Positions 9,529 through 18,500 of a stretch of DNA of 64,000 nt are shown piece after piece; within the stretch, counting starts at the first letter, position 1; each line of letters starts with the position of its first letter. The position numbers and the translations under genes were made by a program. The notes beneath the pieces are model-generated. The model worked only from the letters and a program-made list of their open reading frames with translations. It was not told where the DNA came from and made no database searches. Source of the stretch: a virus (Duplodnaviria > Caudoviricetes); the IMG/VR virus record IMGVR_UViG_3300033076_000897, positions 32,888-96,887 of that record. One strand, written 5' to 3'.

Positions 9529-10167
9529 TTAGGGCTGGATCAAATGATTCAAGAAGTAGGCGTCAATTAAGTCATCGAGGGGCTTCGCCACTTTTTTGGA
9601 CTCTTCAAGGTTGGCGACGAACTCAAAAATTGGGTGAGACTCGAGATTTGGATCTTCGAGGCAATTTTCCTTAAACTTCACAAAAAGTTCATCTTTCTTC
9701 ATATTGCCCTTGCCAGCATGTTTCTTTATAGTTGAAGGGGCCACAGTCATAATATCCTTTGGTTTCAAAGTCTCAATGATCTGTAGTTTCAAAATGGCTG
9801 CGGCAGCTGCCAAGTCCATTACGTTATTGGTGTTTGAGGATCCATAAGAGGTTCCTTCGAATGCAAATAGGTATCCGTCTTCCCAGTGAGTGTGAGTCAG
9901 GATTAGGTTGATGATGTCAGTGGCCATTGTTCTGTAACGTAGAATCTTGGCCAACTCTCCACCTGAATATTCTTTGTTTAGTTCAAACGAAGGTTGATTG
10001 ATCAATACACAACCATTCAATACAGAGAATTCTTCTTGGATCTTGGTTTCCTTTTTGGTTCCCAATCCAGCTTTGATGTAAGAAATGAAGGTGTAATTCT
10101 TAGAGATGTCATCGAAGATGCAAATCCCAGGGGAATTAAGAGAAAAGTCTATTGCTACTATGTTCAT
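9529..10167 (-). CDS. RuvC-like (RNase H fold) Holliday junction resolvase/endonuclease
   Basis: IVAIDFSLNSPG, FEGTSYGS, PSTIKKHAGKGNMKK and DDLIDAY catalytic pattern. Confidence 0.75.
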   Translation of the reverse strand: MNIVAIDFSLNSPGICIFDDISKNYTFISYIKAGLGTKKETKIQEEFSVLNGCVLINQPSFELNKEYSGGELAKILRYRTMATDIINLILTHTHWEDGYLFAFEGTSYGSSNTNNVMDLAAAAAILKLQIIETLKPKDIMTVAPSTIKKHAGKGNMKKDELFVKFKENCLEDPNLESHPIFEFVANLEESKKVAKPLDDLIDAYFLNHLIQP

Positions 10168-10532
10168 TAAATGAGACGGTTACCAAGAGCTGAACCTAAT
10201 GCGGCTCCAACTAGTCTTGAGGTTAACAAATCGTATAAAACACCTGAATTTACACCCAATACATTGGCAACAACCTTACCGACAGATTTACCTAAAGCAA
10301 ATCCTGTTAGACCTCCAAGGATGGTTCCAAGTAGACCTTCGTTGGTGATCTCTTCATTGAATCTTTCGATGTCAATTTTTCCATCTTCGTTAGTGTATTC
10401 TTTTAACCACTCTTTGATGGCCTCATCAACTTTTGCCTCAAGTTCTGGGGTCCACTCTTCTTGTAGAGCTTCGTTCAGTAACTTAACGTCGATGTCAGTT
10501 TTTTCGTTTAAATGGTCAATGAATGTTTTCAT
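10167..10532 (-). CDS. Small putative virion protein with capsid-targeting-like N-terminus and C-terminal glycine-zipper hydrophobic helices
   Basis: MKTFIDHLNE start; GLLGTILGGLTGFALG...GAALGSALG; GATATATA just upstream. Confidence 0.55.
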   Translation of the reverse strand: MKTFIDHLNEKTDIDVKLLNEALQEEWTPELEAKVDEAIKEWLKEYTNEDGKIDIERFNEEITNEGLLGTILGGLTGFALGKSVGKVVANVLGVNSGVLYDLLTSRLVGAALGSALGNRLI

Positions 10533-10544
10533 GCTTTATATATC

Positions 10545-11096
10545 TTAGTCCAATTCTATCTTTAGATTGAATTTGTTATAGTTGAAGGTGCAATCGAAAG
10601 TATTGAATTCGGCCACGTTAGTACTCATGTTGAGTTCCAGTTCACCAATTTCCTTGAAGATGATCTTTTCAAACTTAGCACTAGCTACTACGTTACCTTC
10701 TGCGTCCAGAATGTTCAAGCCAACATCTTCGATGTAAGGTTGTTTTACGTCTTTGGAATAGTAATAAAGTAAAGTGTCTAACATGATCCAATAGTTTACA
10801 AAACCGTCCAGTAGTTGTAAAGTCACCGTAAATTCTCTTTGGATAGTATTTTGAATAGGAATAGAACCTCTGTGGTAAGTAATTGTACCGTCATTAGCTG
10901 CTGTTTCCACTGGATCAAAAGCCAAACCTGGCATATTCAATCCTTGGATGCTATAGTTAATGTAGTCTACAGGTTCGCTAAGTACTGAACCTGGAATTCT
11001 GTTTAAGTATTCCCTGTATTTTTCAGCTACTGGTTCCGGGATGAATTTTCTCGGAAACCTGAACTCAAATAGGTTATTTCTAGAATTTAAGATCAT
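10545..11096 (-). CDS. Putative tail tube-like or tail completion protein
   Basis: 183 aa; QGLNMPGL...FTVTLQL...ELEL...FDCTFNY pattern typical of T4 gp19/gp3-fold proteins; structural-gene context. Confidence 0.5.
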   Translation of the reverse strand: MILNSRNNLFEFRFPRKFIPEPVAEKYREYLNRIPGSVLSEPVDYINYSIQGLNMPGLAFDPVETAANDGTITYHRGSIPIQNTIQREFTVTLQLLDGFVNYWIMLDTLLYYYSKDVKQPYIEDVGLNILDAEGNVVASAKFEKIIFKEIGELELNMSTNVAEFNTFDCTFNYNKFNLKIELD

Positions 11097-13189
11097 TACG
11101 CGTTAGTGAAGTTTCCGCTATACAACATGGTTTCTGAAGTCCCGTTATAAGACGTGATGTAGAATTTTTTGTTCATGAATCCTCTTATCAAGTTAGCATT
11201 TCCTGCATCTATCTTAAATAAGACTTCTCCCATAGAAGAATCGATACCTTGATAACCCTTTAGATTTGCAAATTTGATGGTCTTGTTATCACCATCGTTA
11301 AACATCAAATAGAGAGTTTCAGTATTGGTTAAATTAACAGCATTAATATCTCCATTGTTGTCTTTTGCTATTTTAAATTTTACGAAAGTATCAACTGGTG
11401 AAATCGCTAATTCAGCCAAACCTTCTGCCAAGAAAAGCGAAGCACTAGTGTCTATTGCCGTACTGCCTTCGAAACTAACTCCACCGATACTCAATAGAAT
11501 GTCTAATCTCTCAGTGAAAGTTTGTACAAATTTAGTTTGAGATTCTACTGGGTTTAAGTTAACCAGTTTTTCAGAAGCTGTAGCTAAACTGATGTTAGGA
11601 AGTCTATTGTAAATTTTAGTCTCTAACATTGGGTTTTTCAAAACGATGCTCTGTAACTTTTTACCAAATTTTGATGGCGACCAACCGGAGTTTAAGCTAT
11701 TCCAACTAGCTGACTTAACGATTTGTGTGTTATCAGTCTCGTTAAAGATTCTAAGATCATAGTCAATAGTAAAAGAAACTGCAGTTGCTGCGTTCTTAAC
11801 AATAGGTCTAAACAAAATAGGCTCATCAAAGTTCTGAGTTTGTGGAATACTGATTCTATAAGTCTCAGTAAAAGAAGTACCTATTTGTTCAAAAACGTAA
11901 ATATCGTGGAAGATAGTTAAATCATCTGATGAAGAGTTGATTCTATTAGTAATATAGTTATCAAATGTAGCTGCACTTCCGTTGTAAAGTCCAACCAATT
12001 CAAAATAATCTCCGTCATTAGACTGAACTATACTCGCTGTAATATCGGTAAACTCGTCTTCAACTGCTAATGAAAAGGTAGTCTCTTCAGCAGTTTCAAT
12101 AAAATCAAAGCCTGCTGTGTTATAGAAAAGATCTATGAGTTTAAAACTAACTTCGTATTGAGCAGTTGGATCAATTTGGTTTCCACCTGAAGTACCGTAA
12201 AAAATGTCAAAGAAATCTTGGTTTGTACCCGAAGTTACCAAGTCTTTAATGGATGGAACTTTTACCTCAATGAATTTTGAGTAAAGAGTTTCTGCCAAGA
12301 TAAAAGGCTCTGGGTTTTGAATCTCGTAGTCAGAAGAATTCAAATAAACCAACTGAGTGAAACTGTTCATGGTTCCATTAACTCTTGGAGCTCTAACTTC
12401 AAACATGAAACCTTGATAGTTTCTAGCGGCGAAGTTGTAACCGGATCTTAAGTGAAGTCTAATGGTTTCGTAAACAACTGAGTTGGTATTGGCCGTAACG
12501 TTAGCCAAAGACGCCAAAATAGTTGAATAACTGTCTCCCAACCATGAAGTATTGTTTTGAATGTAGTTCCATTGACTATCTAAAAGGGCAAATTTGCTTC
12601 TCTCAGTGTTAACTGCAACTGCATGGTATCTATTAGGTTGACCTGGCCCAGTGTTTAGAGTGTTTCCAGTGTCTTCGTTTGGTACTGCATAAATTGGGTT
12701 GGCTTTCAACATCACTGATGCTTTACCAGAGTTGAAAGTTATCGTATTACTACCTACGATTTTAAAGTACGTATATTGGTAATCTCCAGTGTTTAGAGGT
12801 TGATAACTGAAAATATTCGTTACTGGGTTAAAAGTTTTAATACCAGTGTTGTCAGAAATGTCAAAGTTGACCGCATTTGCACCGAGTGCAGTTAAGTCAA
12901 ATTGATAGGTGTTACCTGGTGCTAAAACCAGGCTTCTGTTAGCTACGTTTTCAATTTTTAAGAAGTTGTAAACACCGTCTTCTTCAACTTCAAAATTAAC
13001 AACAGCTGATCCTAATTGGTGAATCAATAATCTCTCTCCTCCGACTACTCCATCTGTTCCGACAATAAACATTTCGCTACCGTTGTCGTCGGTTTCGATT
13101 GCGTATGTTGTAGGGTTAGATTGGTCATGATAGATGATCTCCATCAAAACATCATCGTCAACCTTAAAAAATCTAGAAGATTTTGCCAT
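11096..13189 (-). CDS. Putative virion structural protein
   Basis: 697-aa beta-rich acidic protein within the virion block. Confidence 0.5.
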   Translation of the reverse strand: MAKSSRFFKVDDDVLMEIIYHDQSNPTTYAIETDDNGSEMFIVGTDGVVGGERLLIHQLGSAVVNFEVEEDGVYNFLKIENVANRSLVLAPGNTYQFDLTALGANAVNFDISDNTGIKTFNPVTNIFSYQPLNTGDYQYTYFKIVGSNTITFNSGKASVMLKANPIYAVPNEDTGNTLNTGPGQPNRYHAVAVNTERSKFALLDSQWNYIQNNTSWLGDSYSTILASLANVTANTNSVVYETIRLHLRSGYNFAARNYQGFMFEVRAPRVNGTMNSFTQLVYLNSSDYEIQNPEPFILAETLYSKFIEVKVPSIKDLVTSGTNQDFFDIFYGTSGGNQIDPTAQYEVSFKLIDLFYNTAGFDFIETAEETTFSLAVEDEFTDITASIVQSNDGDYFELVGLYNGSAATFDNYITNRINSSSDDLTIFHDIYVFEQIGTSFTETYRISIPQTQNFDEPILFRPIVKNAATAVSFTIDYDLRIFNETDNTQIVKSASWNSLNSGWSPSKFGKKLQSIVLKNPMLETKIYNRLPNISLATASEKLVNLNPVESQTKFVQTFTERLDILLSIGGVSFEGSTAIDTSASLFLAEGLAELAISPVDTFVKFKIAKDNNGDINAVNLTNTETLYLMFNDGDNKTIKFANLKGYQGIDSSMGEVLFKIDAGNANLIRGFMNKKFYITSYNGTSETMLYSGNFTNA

Positions 13190-13207
13190 TTTTTGTTACT
13201 TAATATT

Positions 13208-14002
13208 TTAAAAACTTAACCACTTAGGTGTTATTGTTAGTCCTATGCCGACCATTGGTGCAAAATAAACTTGGTTACCAACTACCGTAACACCGTACAT
13301 GACGCCACCACTGATTCCCATTCTCCAAGTCTTTTCAGCAGGTACTCTATTTAACTCATCTTCGATGATACTGATATTTTCAATAGAATTGAAGTTGATA
13401 CCAGGATACTTTGTTGCTATCTTGATTCTTTTTCTACCATCGACGGTTTCCAAAGCACTGTAAAGAGTAATATTTTGAGTGTAATCGAATCTTGATCCCA
13501 ATAATAGGACTTTGTCTCCTTCTGGTTTCACTTGAATTTCGCCTGTGAATTTTCTCCAATTGTTGTCTCCAAAATCTTTATTGTCAAACAAAGAAATTTT
13601 AGCGATATCGCCTTCGTAAGTTACAGAACCCATTGCATTGATGATAGAATCTCTGTTTTGAATCTCAATCATCAATAGATTATTTACATTCTTAAGCTTT
13701 TTGTTTAGATCAAGTACACCAACGTATTTCTTGTATGTCTCTTTGTTTTCTTTTCTCAGTTCTTCGACAGTTCTTTCGAAGCTAGAAATTTGGGAAACAT
13801 AGTAGTTGTTCTTGGTTTTGTACTTAACCACAGAGTCGTTGGCTGCTTTCAAATTGTTTTCAATTCTGGTAACCTTTGACGCATTAGCATCTCTTTGCTC
13901 TTTTAATGTTGACATTCTAGAGCACTGTCCCATCATCAAAATGATCAAGATCAAAATGACTGATACAAAGTGAATGGGTTTTATTTCAAAGCTTTTAAAC
14001 AT
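13208..14002 (-). CDS. Membrane-anchored coiled-coil protein, spanin-like candidate
   Basis: N-terminal TM helix followed by GQC, then a coiled coil, then C-terminal amphipathic beta-strands ending in Phe. Confidence 0.45.
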   Translation of the reverse strand: MFKSFEIKPIHFVSVILILIILMMGQCSRMSTLKEQRDANASKVTRIENNLKAANDSVVKYKTKNNYYVSQISSFERTVEELRKENKETYKKYVGVLDLNKKLKNVNNLLMIEIQNRDSIINAMGSVTYEGDIAKISLFDNKDFGDNNWRKFTGEIQVKPEGDKVLLLGSRFDYTQNITLYSALETVDGRKRIKIATKYPGINFNSIENISIIEDELNRVPAEKTWRMGISGGVMYGVTVVGNQVYFAPMVGIGLTITPKWLSF

Positions 14003-14013
14003 GTTGTAAATTT

Positions 14014-15525
14014 TTATTGTCCTTGACCTACTCCACCACCTTGCTGAGCACTTAGATCTTTCACATCGTATACGTATGATGGTGATCCTAAATATATCGC
14101 CATTGGTAAAGCCATCAATGATAGTTTTTCTGGATATATGGTAGTGTTACTTCCTGAAGAACTATACGAAGATTCTTCGATAGCATCCATAGATAACACA
14201 TCATAATTGGATCCTGGAGAAATAGCGTCTATGGCTTTTAAAAGATCACCTGGATCTGATACAGCTTGCGCTCCTTGTGCTCCTGGAGTACCAGTATAAT
14301 CACCTCTAAGTGATGGATCAAAATCAGAACCGTATCCGGTAGGAGGTCTAAAATAATCTATACCCATTGAACTATCAAAGTCACCATTAACTAGATTAGA
14401 TGTTCCACTTGCTCCAACTAATAAACTTCCAGGTACGTTAGTAGGTACATATATTGGCGTAGAACTACTTTGAGTTCTCCATGAATTAGTTTGTCCGAAT
14501 AAAAGATACCAGCCGGACCATCTTGTGCCAGTTTTACCCCTACCATAATATTTGTAACTAATCACACCCGGAATAGAATAAGCATATTCACCAGTATTAA
14601 TTGCAAAGAAATCAGTAGTAATATCTGTGGGATTTACAAAAACTATAGATCCTATTGGATAAATTCCTCCGATTTCATAAGGATATGACCATATAGCGTT
14701 ACCATTGCTATTATTGCATTGTAAAATTTTACCAGGTGCACTAGTAGTAGATTGTGGATTCAATCTTATTGTTCCGTTCAATGTTGTAGTTTTACCGCTT
14801 GCCCCAATAGTATTATTGCCCAATAAAGATGAATTACCATTGTTTGTTAAAGTGGAAGCTGTGTTTAAAACTACATCAGATCCGATAAAATTTACGTCAC
14901 TAACAATTTCAGTATTAGCATCAGTAATCTTGATTCTAGTTACACCATTTTTATCAGTCAATCTAATCTCTTCAGACTGAATTTCTGCGATGTTTTCGGT
15001 ACCAATAGCGATCAACTTAAAGTGAACTCCACCTGCATTTGGTGAAAGTCTAAAAGCAAAGCTAGAATCACTGTAATCAACACCATCGAATAGTCTTAAT
15101 CTGATCATGTCAGAAAAATCAGCTCCACCGTTACCGTTTACAATAGAAATTAAAGCATCTTTATCGATTGCGTCGGGACTATAAGTCGTGTCGTCCATAC
15201 CAACAATAATATTAGTTGGTTTTAAACCTGCACCTGAACCTATAGGATTGATTTTTGGTAGAACAGAATTGGCAAAACCACCAGAAGCTGCATCAAGTTC
15301 CCAATAACCACTAGAACCTTGATCTCCTTTTGCACCTGTGTCACCTTTGTCTCCTTTCGGCCCAGTTGCTCCAACAGAACCGATCGATCCCGTAGAACCC
15401 TTTTCACCTTTTAAACCTTGAGGTCCACCACCGTTAGCAAGAACCTGATCAAAGTTGTAATTGATCTTATCCTGCGTAACTTGCAGGTTGTCAGATTGGA
15501 ATATTTCTTTGATGTTAATCGACAT
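14014..15525 (-). CDS. Tail fibre-like protein with short Lys-rich collagen (Gly-X-Y) segment
   Basis: KINYNF N-terminal motif; GPQGLKGEKGSTGSIGSVGATGPKGDKGDTGAKGDQGSSG; YPIGSI collar-like motif. Confidence 0.75.
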   Translation of the reverse strand: MSINIKEIFQSDNLQVTQDKINYNFDQVLANGGGPQGLKGEKGSTGSIGSVGATGPKGDKGDTGAKGDQGSSGYWELDAASGGFANSVLPKINPIGSGAGLKPTNIIVGMDDTTYSPDAIDKDALISIVNGNGGADFSDMIRLRLFDGVDYSDSSFAFRLSPNAGGVHFKLIAIGTENIAEIQSEEIRLTDKNGVTRIKITDANTEIVSDVNFIGSDVVLNTASTLTNNGNSSLLGNNTIGASGKTTTLNGTIRLNPQSTTSAPGKILQCNNSNGNAIWSYPYEIGGIYPIGSIVFVNPTDITTDFFAINTGEYAYSIPGVISYKYYGRGKTGTRWSGWYLLFGQTNSWRTQSSSTPIYVPTNVPGSLLVGASGTSNLVNGDFDSSMGIDYFRPPTGYGSDFDPSLRGDYTGTPGAQGAQAVSDPGDLLKAIDAISPGSNYDVLSMDAIEESSYSSSGSNTTIYPEKLSLMALPMAIYLGSPSYVYDVKDLSAQQGGGVGQGQ

Positions 15526-15526
15526 C

Positions 15527-18500
15527 TCAAATACTTATTTTTATAGCTGGTAATACGCTGTAAGTGTACCCAGGTCTTTTGTTATATATTAACCTCATAT
15601 TGAATGGCTTGTTAGCGTGCAACTGGAAGGTAAAATTGTTGTCTTGTAAATAATCAGAAGCTAAGACTTCTTCGATACTATTTGCTGAAGCTACATCACT
15701 AGGATTTTTAGTTTGCTTCACATATACTGATACGCTTTCAATAGCATATAGAGGTAGTAGATTAGACAGAGCATATTCTCTTGCATCGTCTTCTACTGTA
15801 GAAAGATCACCAAAACCCTGAGCGGCAATTACAAATCTTTTGATAGATTGCAATAAACCGTTTTCTAAAAGTTCATCTACGAGAACTTTCTCATTATAGA
15901 AGTCTATAAAAATCTGATCTGTAGTTTCAAACACAACGCTTTGTGTTGTGTAGGTCTGAGTGTCTCTCAATTTATTCAATTGATCCAGTGAAGTTACAAC
16001 AGAACTCGTAAATTTAGTCAAGTACAATGTAGAACTTGGTTGCATCAATGAAGAAGCCAAGAATGATTTTTTGACAACTGGAGATTTTGTACCATAAACT
16101 TCAGATACCAAAGAATTGGACAAAGATCTTACGTAATAGCCATTTTCAAACTGACTTGTAAAAACATTGATGTCTCTCTTGTCTATGGCAACCTCACCGA
16201 TTAAAGGATACACTGGTTGGAAAGCACCAGTTTGGGCCAATTTAGTCACTGAGTTTACGTTGATTTCATTGACCTTGTGATAAAAGAAGTTTTTAATTGT
16301 ACCGAAATTCTTAGTAGTAGTCATAAATTCTATGCCCTTTCTAAAATATTTCTGGTTGAACACCAAACTTCTAGCAATATCCCTATTGAAAATCATGTAG
16401 TGATATTCAGCAGTGTCTAAATCCGTTGAAGTGAAGTACGAGAAGCTACCTATTTGTGAAACGTTGTATCCTGACAAATCGGCTAATTGATCTGTAAAAA
16501 TGCCATTTACTGTGTCGTAAACTTTTGGAGCAGATTTGATGATCAATTCAGTTGTGCTGATAACCTTTTTAACTTCGAACCAAACGTCCTGTAAGATAGA
16601 ACCCACTGGCATAGTTACAACGATCTTTTCAAAAGTCTCTATGTTATATGCAATCTCATCAACGTAAAGTGTAGAAGTACCGTTAACGTACCATGTATTA
16701 TTAGAAGAATCATAAACAAACTCCCCAATGGTTCCAGTTAAAACCTCTGAGCCAAAATCTATGTCTTCATTCAAGAATGACTTATATTTGTTAGAAGGAT
16801 TGTAAAAAGTTACAACTGTAGAAAAAACCGGATTGTATCTACCGTTAAGTCTTTTCATTGCAGTGATATAAGGCTTCACTCTATTGGCTAGATTGTATCC
16901 AACTGCCGAAGTGTTACCTTTATAAGAATTAGGAATCACTTTGTCCTCTGTTGCATCAATCATTGTAGGTTTATAAACATCAGTTCCGTCATCAACGTTT
17001 AGAATGTAATCATTGTAAGAAAGCGTTCCATCTTCTTTTACAGTGATGTACTCTATACTTGATGTAGAGTTAGAATTTAATATGTTAGCTACGTTTTTAG
17101 CTGACAAAAAGTTTAAAACTTCTTCATGTGCGTTTTCCCCACCATTAATGTAAACATAAGTAGCATTTTGAATCAATGACTGTGTAAGAGAAGCAAAGTT
17201 ATAAATTGTAGGTGTACATGGTGTAGTTAAAGTAGAATCGTATACAGTTGGAATAGAATTCAAGACCAGTGTAGTATCATTAATCACATTTTTAATGGAT
17301 ACACACATGTCTGGTAAACCAGATCCAGTTGGCATGATCACTCTTATTCTATTGTAAGATCCAGCTGAATTAAGTGTAATTTGAGAAGTAAACTGTGTAC
17401 CTGTACCCGTCAAAGTCAACGTGGTTGAGTTGAAGCTCAATAGGTTTAAGTATCCAGTGATGTTCGTATTAGCTATATCACCAACAGCAGTACTATTGTA
17501 TCTACCTCTAAGTTCGTATAACACCTTTCTATTTACGTAATCTACCAAGGATTCTTGTAAAGACATTTGAAGAACCAACGTAACAGTCTTAAATTTCTCA
17601 TTGATCACTGATTTTACACTGATCAAATTTTGTGTATTGGGGTCGATGTCTGTTAATAGAATCGAACTAAACTTGTATGAATTGTATTTGTTAGAAAACT
17701 TAAATTCTGATGGTATTGTAGAAGTGGTTTCCTTTCTCTCTTTGATTGTAAATTCCAAACCTCTAAATTTGGTTTTTGAGAAAGAGTTTGCGTTACCTTC
17801 TTCGAAAATACTGTACTTTCTAGCCAAAGGAGCATCAAAGTATTTAAGATCCTGCGGAGCTGAAAGATCAATGTCGTATCCGAATCCATCGTAAACAAAA
17901 TATTTGTCGTAGATATTCTCGTTAATGCTGTAAAAGTCACTTAGTGAAATTATAGAATTAGCATCCAAATCAAAATTCAAATAGCTAAAAAATTCTTCAG
18001 GCTTAACTAGATTAAACCCGTTGTTCTTTTCGTATTTTGGAAAGTTATCTAAATAGAACCACTCGTGAGTCATGTTAAGAGCAGATCTACCTTCCACTTC
18101 AATATCCGATGCAAAGTTAGTTTTACCAAAAGCTTCGCTAACGTTTAAAGAGTACTCTGTGTCTCTAACATTAGTAGCGTCCTTTAAACCAAACTTATTG
18201 ATATGTGGTACGGTTCTAGATCTATTGAAATATTGCTTATTGTAGTTCTCCTTTAGTCTATCGTATTCTGTTTGAGGATCTACTGTTGTTGTAACATCCG
18301 AGTCTTCAGATTGTAACGAAGGCAATAGGAAAGAGAAATAGTCATAAGGTCCAACGTTGTATCCACTGTTAAAAGCTCCAGTATTTAATGGATTCGAAAG
18401 AGGATTCATATATGTGTTTTGTTCCAGAATCAGCTCATAAGGTTCTGAATACTTTGTGCTGTAAAAGTCAAAGTCAAAATCTTTGATGTCATAGATGTCA

